DNA of 63,650 nucleotides, counting the filler, from Reclinomonas americana ATCC 50394 (taxonomy: Eukaryota), in the NCBI GenBank assembly GCA_048213135.1. It is 16 parts of 16 records of this genome, joined end to end, with 100 filler letters (N's around TTAATTAATTAA, not from the genome) between each part and the next. Parts side by side here need not be neighbours in the genome. Positions count along the whole stretch, not along the records: positions 1 to 7,371 come from AFZH01018825.1; positions 7,472 to 15,878 come from AFZH01018827.1; 14 more parts are not named here. One strand, written 5' to 3'. Below are positions 1-12,583 of this stretch, piece by piece. The position numbers and the translations under genes were made by a program. A model generated the notes under the pieces. It was not told the DNA's origin. It did not search any database and was given only the letters and a program-made list of their open reading frames with translations. How positions within the stretch are numbered: the stretch's first letter is position 1; the number at the start of each line of letters is the position of its first letter.

Positions 1-1325
1 GGGTGTGCGCATGTAAAAGTCGGTGGGATGCGAGGCCACAAACTCGGCCACGACCTCGCACGGATTCTTTTCGTACGACACGGCCCTGCACAATGATGAA
101 AGTGAGCTTAGTTGGGGAGCGGCGATGGGGGAAGGGATGGATTTGAGCGCAACGGATCGTCGGCGTGAACCATCGCGGTGCCGATAAAGAACAGCAGCGA
201 GTACAAATCGTTGAGCCACTCCTGAATGAGTAACCTGTCGGCGTCGGTCGCGTGCAAGGCGTCGCACACTTGCGATAGTTCGCCTGTGGGGGAGTGGGAA
301 AGGGAGGAAAGCGGTGATGAGCGATGGGGCAGTCAACTCACCAATCACGGCCTCGACACTGCACAGGAGACACACGTGAGCCACAAAGATGCACGCGACA
401 TCAAAGCAATCGCGCAGGCTCACGCAACACGTCGCCCTTGGCCTTGATCTGTGCTGAATCCTGCAGCGGCACCTCGCTGGTGATGGTAATATGATCGGCC
501 AGCTCAATCACATCGTAGCAGAGACTCAGCGTGAGGTTGGTCACACACGAGGAGCGATAGGTGGACAGCACTGCGCCGCGGAAAAAGTCAGCGCAAGGAA
601 GAGAAAAAAGCAAGAAGGAACACCAAAATTAGCCCGCAACAATGCGCGTCAAAGAACGGGAATGCCTGCGCGCACAGCTGCTTAGCGCAGCGACAAAGGA
701 GATAGGTGCGTTGTTGCTCACCTGCATGACCTTCTTCGTCAGCGCCTCCTGCAACACGGAATCTCCATATGTTTCATCGCCTGCATGCGCATGCAACAAA
801 CTGTGAGAGACAACTCGCAAAACAAACTGATCGCGCGGATTGCGCAGGAACATCGCTGCGCAACGATCAAACTGCCGCGTGGTCCGCTGCACCGCATAAT
901 GCAAGTGCGGCGCAATGAACACAAATCGATCAGACAAGTCCTCTGCGTGATCGTCAGTCACTTGATATGCACATCCAGCATACACGCAGACAGAGTCGAC
1001 GCACTTGCACACTTTTGCACGTGCGACTGCCGCAAGGCCGCGCGCTGCGCCGGAATGCTCTTGACAGGACGCGGTCTGCGTTGAACACCTGCGCTGCTGC
1101 CACTGCTGCCACTGGTCACACCGCCACCACTGTGTCCTGGAGACTTGGCGCGTGTGGGAGAGGCAGAGTGAGGGCGCGCGCGAGGGCGTTGGAAGAGTGG
1201 AGGCTGTGTGATCACACGCGCGCGCGCGTGAAGGAACACAGGCAAAGAGTGTGAGTGCGCGTTGGTGAGCGGGTTCTGTGGAGAGTGAGCGAGCGATAAG
1301 GTACCTCACGATGTGCGTCGGTCAT
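1..1325 (-). CDS. RNase III-domain protein (multi-exon, runs off the left edge)
   Basis: Spliced translation ...SHSLLHAHAGDETYGDSVLQEALTKKVMQ|LCAQAFPFFDAHL|LSTYRSSCVTNLTLSLCYDVIELADHI...KAKGDV|VEAVIG|ELSQVC matches the RNase III layout (ERLEFLGD...FP..EG.LT.LRS.LV.N..L...ADxxEALIG). All four acidic catalytic positions are present (E/D in ETYGD, D/E in DVVE). The start ATG at 1325 is inferred. Confidence 0.75.
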
Positions 1326-1457
1326 TGTGCGCGCGTGCGCGTGGGTGAGTGAGTGTGTGTGTGTGTGTGAGTGGGACAGACAAGGGAATCCGGCGGTTTC
1401 CGGCAACCTGTGACAGATCGTGCGTTGAGTGTGTGAGAGAGAGTGTGTGTGCGTGTT

Positions 1458-1494
<37 letters not shown>

Positions 1495-1534
1495 GTCTGT
1501 GTGAGTGCATTCGTGTGTGCGCGTGTGTGTGAGC

Positions 1535-2873
1535 ATGTGTGAGGAAATCAGTGTGAATCTGTTCAAGACCGATGCCAGTGGTGTGGTGTGCTCCACCATT
1601 GTGCACCACTTGATCAAGCACGTGTTGTATGTGCGGCAGCAGATACCATGGTGAGGAGAGATCAAGCGTGTGCGTGAGAGAGAAGAAAGAAGGGATTGAT
1701 TGTGTTTCGCGCCCATTTGCGCAGTCCGCTGGAGCAAGTGTGGCAGATGACTCTGCAGGTTTGCGCTCTCTGCGTCTGTCTCTGTCTGCTCTCACACTCG
1801 TTGCTCACCGCACTGGGAAGATGTTTCCGCCTGCGCCTTCATCGCTCTCTTCATCGGCGGATGACGAAGACGAGGAGGAAGAACAGGAGAGAAGACCGCA
1901 AGGACCCTCGCTCTCGCTGTTGGAGCGCAAGTGGGTCAAGGTACACTCACTGCACTCACAGCCTCCTCCTCGCCCCTGCTCACTCGATTGCTTGCCAGTT
2001 CGCCGAGTCCAGTCGTCGTATGATGTCGGTGCTTGATCGGAGATTGAGAAGAGTTCCTTCGCTGGTGGCCTTGGTGCTTGGCGCGTCGCCGACCACGCCC
2101 AAGGAGGTGACTCTGGTGCGCTTTCATCACGGGGAGCTGGACGCAGCAGTGGATGAGAGCGATCCAACGCTGCGGAAACACGCGGATGATTGCGGGAGAC
2201 GCGTATTGCGCACAGTGGTGCAGAGTGCGCCGTCGTTTATGCATGCCGGCTTGAGTTTCGCCCGCCTCCACTCTCCCAGCTTGTTTTCATGCGCTGATGT
2301 GAGTGGCACAGGCAAGACCAAGATGCACGTATTGTGGTGCGATGAAGAGGGAGACGACGTCGTCGAGGAAGAAGAAGATGACAGCGTGTTGCCGAGACCA
2401 GAGGGCTTTGAGTTGAAACTGCGCACGGCCAAGGTGCTGGTGGTGCACGTGTTCTTCCGCAACTCGTCGTTGCGTGCTCCACAGCCTCTGCTATTATCAT
2501 CGCCCGCGAGGGTGTCGCTCATGTGGAGAACAACAGCTTCGATCCAACGTACAGCGCCCTGTCGGATCCGAGTGCACGCTCGTCGGCCTTGATGCGCTGC
2601 CTCAAGACGCAGGTTGTGCGACGACAACGCGGCTCGCAAGCATCATCGTCCACCATACACGAGAGAGAAGAGCAAGAGGAGGAGGAAGACGCGGATGCCT
2701 GCTCGTCGACGTTCACTTGGTTCCAATGTCGAAGCACTCTGAGCGGACTCGGCACGCTGCCTCCGCCTCAAGAGAAGCAGCGCGCGCGTCGACTGGTCGG
2801 CAAGATGGGCTTGCGCTTCCGTGCACGAACAGAGTCGGAGAAGGGAGAAAAGGCGATGGAAGACGATGAATGA
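1535..2873 (+). CDS. MAD2L1BP: p31comet / MAD2L1-binding protein (HORMA domain), multi-exon
   Basis: Exons give HHLIKHVLYVRQQIPCPLEQV, VALVLGASPTTPKEV and C-terminal FTWFQCRSTLSG, which match the p31comet motifs ELLKHIMYQRQQLPLPYEQL, LILLG..ALSPKE and YIWFQAP..LKG. One internal splice near 2440-2510 is unresolved. Confidence 0.8.
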
Positions 2874-2913
2874 AGTCCACTGGGCGTTTTGTTATGTCCT
2901 GTCTGTTTGTTGA

Positions 2914-5900
2914 ATGTGGCGACCGCGACTGAGCAAAGTGCTGGTGGACTTGGCTGTTCTCAAGCGGTGCGAGCACATACGCATGTGGCGATGTCCGTCG
3001 CCATCTGTCTCTCTTGCTCACTGTGTGTGTGTGATGCAGTTGTCAACATGTGCTTTCGCGCGCCTCTGTGTCGTTTGAGGAGGCCTCAGCGGCGGTGCGC
3101 GATGTCAGTGCGCTGTTGCGCAGTCGGTGGGTGTGGGGGTGATAGGGGAAAGGGAGGAAGGGGGATAGAGAATAGAGGAATGCAAGAGAAGAGGATGGGA
3201 AGGGAGGAAGAGGGGAGGGAGAGACTGGAGGAGAGAAAGAGGGGAGAGGAGAAGAGGAGTGAAGCAAGGAGATGTGGGTGACGGGGACGAGATGAGAAGG
3301 AATGAAGGGAGCAAATGAAGAAAGGAGAGAGAAGGCAGGAGATCTTGTTGACGAGAAAGCACGGTGCGACTGAGAATGAGACAATGAGAGAGAGAGAGAG
3401 CATGGAAGGGGAAGGAAAGGAAGCAGAACAAGTGGGGAGCGAGAAGCGATAGACATGCAGACGCTGTTGACAAAGACAACTGCTGATAACGTGGCCCACA
3501 GGCGACTGTTGACCTGTCTGCGCCCAGCTGATCGCACTCATGGTAACTGTCGAGCTTGTTGTGTGCATGCTCTTCTGTCGTCGCTCACTCATGCTGTGGT
3601 GATGCAGCCACGCGTGATGCAGCCTCCACAGAGATCGTGACACTCTTCGCCTCTAGAGTCGGTACATCGCCACCAGCATCGTCGTCGACGTCCTCCGCTG
3701 TGGACACGCTCGTCATGTTCACCAGTGAGGTGGATTGAGTGTGTGTGCCTTTGGGGAGTGTGCGCGATGCCTGACTGCTGGAGGCGCAGTGTGTTCTCGC
3801 TGCTGTGCGTGCCGCCGCTGTGTGGCTGGAGAGTCTGGCTGCTGACGCCTGCCGACCGGAGCTGGACGATGATCAGGCGGTCGATGCCATGATTCGAGTG
3901 TGGAGGTTTTTTGATGATCCGCGCTGTCTCCCCTTGAGGAGCCTCCTGACGATGACGACGTTGGTGGTCGCGCTTGTGCAGAACGGCCTCCGATCTCGCC
4001 AGTGGATGCGCCTCGTTTTGTGCCGATCGTACACTGCTGGACACAGATGGCGTGTTCGCCAGCCAGAATCATGAACGTGAGGCACCACATGCGTCCTCAT
4101 CGGCTGCACAACTTTCCCACCCTGTGCCACGCAGTCATGTCGTCGATCGTGTCGGGTGGTGAGCTGCTGCAACAGTGGGCCACGGCTCGCGCACAGCGCA
4201 TCGTATCGTCATCGTCATCGTCCAATGGCAGCGACAGTGCCTTTTCGAAGCGCTTCTGGGAGTCATGCACATCCGCAGATGGTGGCAGAGGGACGCCGGA
4301 ATGGTCCCTCGCACGCTTGTGGCAGCGCGAAGAGCCGCTTGTCGCTGCCGTGGCGCAGCACATTGCGGTCGACCGATCACTGTTTCGGTGTGTTATTGAT
4401 TGCCTAAGGAGGAGTGCCTAGTCGGCATTGTCGAGTGACGGTGGTGTGGCTGCAGGTGTCCGCCTCCTCACTTGGCGTGGAGCCTGGGCGCGAGTGTGCA
4501 GGTGGTGCGCAAGCGAGACGATGTCTTTGCCGGGTTCGAAGGCACTTTTTTCGAAACGTTGCGCCAGAGTGTGAATTCAGTCTTGTAGGATGAGCAGCCG
4601 AGTCACTGTGTGCGGTCGCGTGCAGTGTGGGAAGACACTACTTTCAGCAATTGTCTCGCGTGCCAGTGTCTACCGATGCACCGCGCGTCAGCCGGGCACT
4701 GAGTTGCGCATTGTATCCCTGTTTTGATGGCGACGAGCAGTTCCGACTCATGTTGCGATAATGACAGGCGCCCTCTCGCACGTACCCGGCGATCCATCTC
4801 ATCGACAGGCGCTATTCGTTGCCACGCTGCCGCTACTGGTCTGCTTGATTGACAACGCACATGATTGTTATCCGTGCTTGACTCGCCTGTCACATCACAG
4901 CGCGATCTGTTTGATGCCCAGCTGTTGCCCTACGTGCACGATGTGCACGCGGTGGCCAACGACATTACGAAATCGCTGGCCATGGTCGACGCCACCGCCA
5001 ATCCACCACTCGTGTTGCTCACGTACCCGGTGACCGATGCGAGCGAGCGGACACGCGACTTTGTGATTCCTATCACATGTGCGGCGGGTTCCGTGGTGCA
5101 GATTGTGGATGCGTGGCTGGCCAACGGATGGACATTGCTGGCGACGCAAGCGGGTGGAGCGAGTGCAGAAGTGGAGGTGTGTGTGGCATGTCGCGCACGG
5201 TTTGATTCTCTCAAACTGAACGCTTCTTCGCATGCGCACAGGCCGAGTTGCTTCCGCCACTACCACCGCCACTGGTAGGTGGAGTGAGTGGCGAAAGTGA
5301 CCAGGATGAATCCGACATGAGACGAGTGGCCGTGGCGCGTGCTCGTGCATTGCCCAACACAGCCGCCGATCCGCCGTTGTGGCGTGCACTCTCGTCGGCA
5401 CCGGCCATGCGTGTGCACGTACTGTCGGCATTGCATAGTGTGCTGCAGTCGGTGGTTTGCTGGTCGGCCAACTTGGTGCAGCGCTATCCGTCCTTTGTCA
5501 GCACGAAGCACGCATTTGGTGTGCTTGGCGACTTGTGGGAGGTGATTGAAAGCGTTGCAGATGATGGCATACTTTCGACTGACGAAAGTGGCGACGCGCA
5601 GATTCGCTCCGCTGCCAGTCACTGCCTGAGCAAGCTGCTGGCGGACGAGCACGCCAGAGACAGTACGTGCTTCCCCGCCAATGCGTCGTCCATCCTCGAC
5701 GACAGCGGTCTCTCCATGGTGCTGGCGCGCCTCTTTGATGCCGCGCTGCGCGAGTTGGAGTCCAACATTGCCGGTCACTTTGAGCGCCACCTCCACAAGT
5801 CGCTCTACTCGATTAGCACGGCCGGCGGTCGCATTCTGCCCGATGCGGTGTCGCCGTGGGTGTTGCTGTTGGTGCGCCTGTGGTGGTGAACCTCAATGTG

Positions 5901-7083
5901 CGTGCCATCATGAGAAGCTGTCTGACCGTCACCCCTCTCAGTTGACCGAGCTGTGGACGCCCGCCATGGAAGCACTCCGCCAGCATCCGCTGGAGACGCG
6001 AACTGCGGTGCTGGAGCGCCTCTTGCACTTGTCGCTGTCGGGTCTTTGGACGGCGGTGGCGACTGTGTACAAGAGCACTCGCATCACGCGACTCGGTGCG
6101 CGGCAGCTGGCGCGTGATGTGGAGGCGTTGTTGGATTATTTGCGGGCGTCGGAGGATTTGACACCGGTGTTGCGTGAAGGGAAAGGGGATAGAAGGGAAG
6201 GGAGGGGAAAGGGAAGGGAAAGAAAAAGGGAAAAAAAGGGAAAGGGAAAGGGCAGGAGGGGAAAGAAGGGAAGGGGAAGGGGAAGAAAGGGAAGGGAGGG
6301 CAGCGTAATAAGGACATTTGGTGTGCTGCGACAAGTACGAAGTGAGAAAATGACAGCATGCACCTGTGCTGCATTGGTTGCGAGAGAGATCCGAGACTAT
6401 GAGTGTGTGACATGGAGAAGGGAGGGGGAAGGGGAAGGGAGGGAGATGGGGAAGGGGGTGAAAATGGGCAGAGAAGAGAGGAGAGAGACGGTGGAGGAGG
6501 AAAGGGGAGGCAGGGCTTTTCCGTCGTCTCTGTTCAGAGAAGGAGCGGTGCAAAGTATGCATGTCGAGAGGGTGAAATGGACAGAGAAGAGAGGAGAGAG
6601 ACGGTGGAGGAGGAAAGGGGAAGGGAAGAAGGGCTTTTTCGTCGCCCCTGTTCAGAGAAGAAGTGATATGACGTGTGGGCACCGAGAGGGTGAAAATGAA
6701 CTGTTAAGAGAGGAGAGAGACGGTGGAGGAAGAAGGAAAAGGGAAAAAGTGATCGGCAGTGAGAAGGGCTTGCGTCGTCTCCGTGCGGAGAAGGAGTGAT
6801 GCTTTGTGCATGCGGACCGACTGAAATTGGAGGGTGTAAGCGGTAGTTCAACCATTCTGCTTCTTTCCGTTCCTGCATTGCTTGCCTCACCACCCACTCA
6901 CTTCCTCCACCCCTCGCTCTCCAACGCAGGGATGTCCACGACTTGCTGCAACACACCACTGTCGAACGCACCAATCTGATTCTTGGCGTCCTGCAAGAGG
7001 AACATCTCGACCGCAAGACGTGTGAAGCGCAGTTCCCACTGGCCGACATTGAGGTGTGGATACGATGTCGAGCCAAAAATTGA
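2914..7083 (+). CDS. large alpha-helical protein with a CATCHR-type C-terminus (CCDC142-like?), many exons
   Basis: A chain of GT-AG exons runs from MWRPRLSKVLVDL to ...DIEVWIRCRAKN*. RITRLGARQLARDVEALLDYL resembles the CATCHR tether motif F/I-S-x-x-G-A-x-Q-L-x-x-D. Exact exon structure not fully resolved. Confidence 0.4.
6455..6800. repeat. intronic degenerate minisatellite, ~115-bp unit x3
   Basis: The core gggtgaaa..agagaggagagagacggtggagga..agggctt..cgtcg..gttcagagaag recurs near 6456, 6570 and 6688. Confidence 0.8.
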
Positions 7084-7254
7084 ATCATAACAAACAGCAA
7101 AGTGCAAGACTTGTAATCACAGCAAATAGAGAGAGAGAGAGAGACAAGGAGAGCGAGGAAGAGAGAGAAGTGCTCGTGTTTTTTCACGCGAGACAACAAG
7201 CACGGGTGGTACGGTGGGGGTGAACCCAGCCTAACAACGGCCTCAGCATACACA

Positions 7255-7371
7255 TTACGTGAGTGACGGGCCCCTCTCAATGGCCTCGCGTGCCAGCAGC
7301 AGCAGATTCGTGGCCCATGTGGACAGACGCGAGACATTGTCGTAGTCGCGCACAGCATCCTCAAACTCGGT
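7255..7371 (-). CDS. alpha-SNAP/Sec17-family C-terminal fragment
   Basis: TEFEDAVRDYDNVSRLSTWATNLLLLAREAIERGPSLT* matches the SNAP C-terminus (F.EAV.EYD.ISRLD.W.T.MLL). The 5' part is lost in the gap. Confidence 0.7.
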   Translation of the reverse strand, partial: TEFEDAVRDYDNVSRLSTWATNLLLLAREAIERGPSLT

Positions 7372-7471
7372 NNNNNNNNNNNNNNNNNNNNNNNNNNNNN
7401 NNNNNNNNNNNNNNNTTAATTAATTAANNNNNNNNNNNNNNNNNNNNNNNNNNNNNNNNNNNNNNNNNNNN
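7372..7471. other. artificial contig spacer (first of 15; others start at 15879, 17365, 20240, 25995, 27644, 28786, 29895, 34552, 41662, 46749, 54200, 57772, 60029, 62136)
   Basis: Identical 100-nt N-run/TTAATTAATTAA/N-run linkers with stops in all six frames. Confidence 0.98.
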
Positions 7472-7531
7472 TGATTCATCTCTCACATCCCGCCGCGTGT
7501 AATCCTCCTCCTCCTCACCTCGTCCCCGCAG

Positions 7532-8103
7532 TGGTGAATGTGCGCGATGGCGATTTCATCTACGAGGAATACCTGGCACCGGTGGGAATGCGCGATGTCA
7601 AGGTGTACGCTGTCGGCAAGGAGTACTTTTTCACCGAGATGCGCAAGAGCCCGGCGGCCGATGGCGTGGTGGAGCGCACCGCCGACGGTCGTGAGGTCCG
7701 CCAGGCGACTGAGCTCTCTGGTGCGTTTAGTCTCCCCACGCTCCTTGCGCGCTACTTTCGCTCACTCTTGCCCGCAGAGGAGGAACTCGCGGTGTGCCGC
7801 ACGGTGGCCACCACCTTCAAGCAAGGTGTGTGCGGTTTTGACTTACTGCGCGCGGAGGATCGCGGACCCGTGGTCTGCGACGTCAACGGATGGTCGTTTG
7901 TGAAGAGCGGTCCGCGTGCGGCCGAGTACTACGCACAGTGCGGTTCCATCCTGCGCAACATTATCCTCGACAACACTCCCACGCCCGTCCGTGATCACCC
8001 TCCTTCGCCGCCTTCACCGCGCCCCACCCCGCACGGTGGCGTCGTGCCAGAATCACCGTTTCCGCCAGTCGCAATCTCGCTGGTGACTGCCGGTGATGAA
8101 TAG
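7532..8103 (+). CDS. Vip1/PPIP5K-type inositol pyrophosphate kinase, ATP-grasp domain (5'-partial)
   Basis: FIYEEYL, DVKVYAVG, RKSPAADGVVER, VCGFDLLR, VCDVNGWSFVK are diagnostic PPIP5K kinase motifs. One intron (GTGCGT...CCCGCAG) at about 7721-7777. Confidence 0.9.
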
Positions 8104-8601
8104 CGAATTTTTTCTGCAACATAATGCCACAGTGTCAAATAAAAGAACGCAATTCTGTACCAGAGAAGGGGAAGAGGCAGGGGGTGGAAGGAGGGAGGGA
8201 GAGAGAGAGAGAGATAGTAACAAGAGGGAGAACGGGCAAGAGAGTGCAGTCGACAGGATCTGAGGTGCATATCGATCCAGATCTGGAAATTAAACTCCGC
8301 CCTCTCTGGAATATCTCTTTTGCAGGTGCTCGCTGAGGAGGGCGACCCTTATGCTCGTCCGATCAGCGACCTTTCGAGCTGCTTCACTTGTCGTGAGGCA
8401 TGCTCCCTCAAAAAAACCGAACACATCACCGGTATTTAAATTTGCCTTCCATCTTGCTCCTCTCACCGCCACGACGATTGATCAAGCTGGCGTACGCAAG
8501 CACAACGCCATTGAGACCAGGCAGTGAGCACACCAGGCGTACAAAGCACGTCGTCAATCGTCCCGCTCATTGTCCTCTTATCTTCTTCCTTTCCACACGA
8601 C

Positions 8602-11103
8602 ATGGCCTCCTCCTCCTCCTCCTCTCCCTCCTCTCACACAGAACGAGTAGACGCACGCGGACTGTACAACTGGCTGCAGCAACTCGGCTCAGGCGTTCGT
8701 CTATACAAGGGCGAGCGTGGGATCATAATAGACGCACGTCGAGCACACGCACAAGAGAGTGTGGTTGCTCTGCGCAAGGATGTGCTCTGTGCACCGAGCA
8801 ACAGTGCCTTTTGTGCAGTGGTCAGCATACCACAAGAGGATGGTGTGTTCTCTCTCACTCACCACAGACAGCATGCGTGCATTGATGACAGCAATGCAAC
8901 TCATTGTACAATGACAGATGGTGTGCGCGAGTTGTCTCCTGTGGATCTTGCTGCGCATGTGTTGGTCAGTGCGTTTGGGGAGGCTGTGGAGGGTGCGTCG
9001 AGTGCACTGGTCAAGAGCACTGTGGTGATTGTGTTGGAGGCGTGTGAGAGGTGAGGGGGAGGGGAAGGGAGTGGATGAGGAGGAGAAGGGGAAGGTCGCA
9101 GAGGTGGGCATGTGCACCTGCGAGCAGCTTGAGTCGCAGAGACAGAGGCCGCGACAGGATAAGGGCACAGGGAGAGAGAGAGGGGGGAGAGAGAGAGAGT
9201 GAGAGAAAGAGAAAAAGAGAGAGAACAGGCCTTTGTGGTCGCCTGTCGCGCAGCGAGAAGAAGGGCAAGTGGAGTGTTGATAGAATTCGGAGTGCAGAAA
9301 GACGACCGAGTGAGGGCAATGGCCATAGGTCCTTCTTCGCAGCCCACGCTTATCCTGTTCTTCTCCTCTCTCGTAATCGAGGAATTCTGCTCAATTCTTT
9401 GCAACGCAGAGCTGCAGATACAGACAGAGAGCAGGTCGAGAACAGGCACTGTGCAGCGAGCGACAGAGCAGGTGGAGTGACCTAGTAATGCAAGGGAGCT
9501 CACTCTCATCTTCTAGCTCCGTCCCTCCTCTTTCGTGCATCCTCTGCTGCATTCTTTGCAACCCAGATCTGCAGAGACGGACCTGCGTCAGGAAGAGAGA
9601 CAGAAACCTCGTCACGAGCAATGAGGATTGCCCTTCGACAAGTGAGAGCCAATGGCAGATGTTGTGCAGAAGCGCGAGAGGCTCGGAAAGAGCTAGTTTT
9701 TCTTTGCTGCTCACTCTCATCCCTCGTTCTCCTTCATTCTCCGCAGATCGACACTGGTGGACAAGCTTGTCGAGTCGGGTGCGTTCTTGAGTGTGGTGCA
9801 TTATGCAGGTAAGTCCATTGCGCTGTGCGTGCTCTCTCTCTCTCTCTGCTCGTCAGTCCTACCTCGCCACCCACAACCCTCTGTGCACCCTGCTGTGCAG
9901 AGTCCTTTGCGGCCTTTGCCAAGCAGTACCCGTTCATGTGCGTGCGCCCCACGGCGACCACCGCGCCGCAAGCAAGAACGGAGCGGAGTCGCTGCTGTGA
10001 GTTGCTCTTGTGTCATCGGGCAGACTTGATAAGCCCTGACGCTTTTTCCGGCGACAGTGAATCTCTTGCGTGCTCTCGGAAGCAAGAAGAAGAGCAAGGA
10101 TGCTGAGTATCCGGCGCACGTGGCCGATCATTGCTTCCTCGGCAGGTATGCGTGTGCACGTCACTCGATCGTTTCGCACGAGTTCGACTGACGTTGAGCA
10201 TGAACAGCTTCTTGTATCACGCCAAGTGCCCAGTGGTGCTGCAGGATTTGGTGCGTGGGGTAGTTACAGTAGTCGTCTTACATCTGCGTCGCTCGCCTCT
10301 CTCGCATTCTGTCTCAGTCGTCACTCAATCATTCTTTGTGCTCTTCTGTCATCCCGCGTCGTCCACTTACTTCGCTCGCTCAAGTCTCTTGTCCCCCAGT
10401 GCTCATGCATCCGTTGTTGCTCGTCTTCGTTCTTTTTTATTGCCACCCTGTTGTTGTTCATCTGTTCTCGTCTTCCTCACTTCTCTTCTTGCTTCCCCCT
10501 CCTCTCCCTTTCCTCCCCTTCTCCTCGCACCTCTCCTTTCCACAGCGCATCACGCACATCCTGAACGTGACGGCGGAGACACCGAATGCATTCGAGGGCG
10601 AGGACTGGGTGCAATACGAGCGCATCGATGTGCACGACACGGTGACGGAGGACCTGTCGGCGCACTTTGAGCGCGCCTTTGCCTTTATTGGTGCGTGTGC
10701 CGCTTGTCACTCCTCCTGCGCTCCTCTGACACGTCTGCGCACACAGAATCTGCGCGAGAGGCGGGCGGGCGAGTGCTGGTGCACTGCGCAGTGGGGTTCG
10801 TGCATGCCCTTTTCTTGCGATTGCTTGTCGCTCACACTCTCGCTTTACAGCAAGAGTCGATCGGCCTCCATTGTCCTATCGTACTTGATGCGTTGGCGCT
10901 CGATACCAATGCGTGAGGCCCTGGAGGAGGTGTGGCGGGCGCGACCGTGGGTGCAGCCGAACATGGGCTTTGTGGCGCAGCTCCGTCGCTTGCAGCGCGA
11001 GCTCGGCATCGTCGGCAACGGTGGCGAGCACGGCGATGGAGATGTAGAGAGAGATGCGCTTGTGGAGGAGGAGGAGGAGGCTGAGGAGGAGCAGGAGAAA
11101 TGA
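8602..11103 (+). CDS. dual-specificity (MAPK-type) phosphatase with N-terminal rhodanese-like domain
   Basis: N-terminal IIIDAR; catalytic domain YPAHVADHCFLG...ITHILNVT...VLVHCAVGKSRSASIVLSYLM...RPWVQPNMGFVAQL with an intact HCxxGxSRS after splicing. Confidence 0.9.
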
Positions 11104-11180
11104 GCGCACTCTACATTCAGGGAAACGCCAACGCGTGGAACGCGAATGGCAGTGGGGCGTCAGCCACCACGGAGGCAGGG

Positions 11181-12237
11181 CTAGCGGAGAGGTCGAGGGT
11201 GATGAGGTGGTGACCGGTGGCGGCGGTCGGCGAGCCCGCAACCGTGGTCACAAAGCCGGCGCTGCAGGCAAGACCGTTGGCGCTCGGCTCGGCACTCAGT
11301 TTGGACGCGTAGAGCGCTGTTTGCTTTCCCTGCGCAAACGTTAGTGAAATGGACGAAGATGCACGAGGTGAAAAGACACCAGACGCTCACGGTCTTCGGG
11401 TCAACGGCCACCACACCAGCTCCCGTGTCGGAACCGAGCGACACGAGACCATGCTGCTGGTCGACACACAGCGGGCCGGTAAACTCGTGCGGCATGAGCA
11501 CCTCCGACACCAGCTTGCCCGACTGCAGATCGATGGAGACCAAGTAGTGCTTGGACGTCGCCGCCTCGCCACCACCAGGCGCATTGACACCGACATTCAT
11601 GAGAATGTAATACACGCCAAGCACAGCATCCACCGCCGCCGCATCCACAATGTAGCCGGCGTAGTGACCCAACGAGGCCACCTTTACATGCGATCCCGTC
11701 AGCGGATCCACTTGCACCAGCGAGTTCTTGCTCTGCTCCTCCACCAGCAGCACCGCATAGCAAGTCGGCGGCGCAGTACTAGTGGACGACGACGAAGGCA
11801 CACATCGCACAGCTCCCAAGTAGTCCTTCAAATCAGTCCTTGCAGTCACCTACGTACGTACGTGGAATAAGCACATGCTGTTTGCTGCATACATAGCATT
11901 CTTCGCGTGCCTTTGCTGGCACACTGCTGGCATTGACAAAGAAGAAGTGCGGACTGCCAAACGGCGGTCCAATGGCGTACAGCAGGTACTCGCGGCCGTT
12001 GTCGTACGCCACTGCCACCTCACCCTCGAGGGCACCGGAGAACGGCGTCACCAGTGCAGTGTAGTTGCCCGTGTGCACATCGAGTCGACCAATGCCGGTC
12101 ACCGGTTGCTTTTGATCGGCAATGTCCCATGTGGTGGCGTAGATGAATGAGGGTGGTGATGAGGCGGTGACTGATGCAGTGCATATGAGGGCGAGGGCGA
12201 GAAGGAGCAGAAGCTCCACGCGCGATGATTGTTGCAT
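11181..12237 (-). CDS. secreted hypothetical protein, probably beta-propeller-like
   Basis: Signal peptide (LLLLLALALICTASVTA) followed by repeated beta-strand/turn units (LVQVDPLTG, LVSIDLQSG, VVAVDPKT). 3' end approximate. Confidence 0.55.
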
Positions 12238-12583
12238 TGTGTGTGGTGGGACACTGCATGTCCGTCGGAGAAATGACAGCGTGTGTGTGTCTTTGGTGTG
12301 TCTTTCGCGTGTCTTGCTTGTGTGTGCGCTCCTTGCTCACTGCAGCTGCGTGTGCGCGTGTGAAAAGCTCGACGTCGCATGCATTTTTTCGAGTAATAAG
12401 AAGTGTCTTGTGTGGTAACTGCTGATGCAGCGTCGACTCTGAGTGCGCGCTCTTGTAGACCGTGATGCGTTTGAGTCACGACGACTCCGCAGAGAGAGCG
12501 CACGGAGCTTGTGCAGAAAAGACGACGTCGACGTCGATCTGTTTGCACTGCTGGTTGCTGCATGACGGAAGGCATGAGAATGC

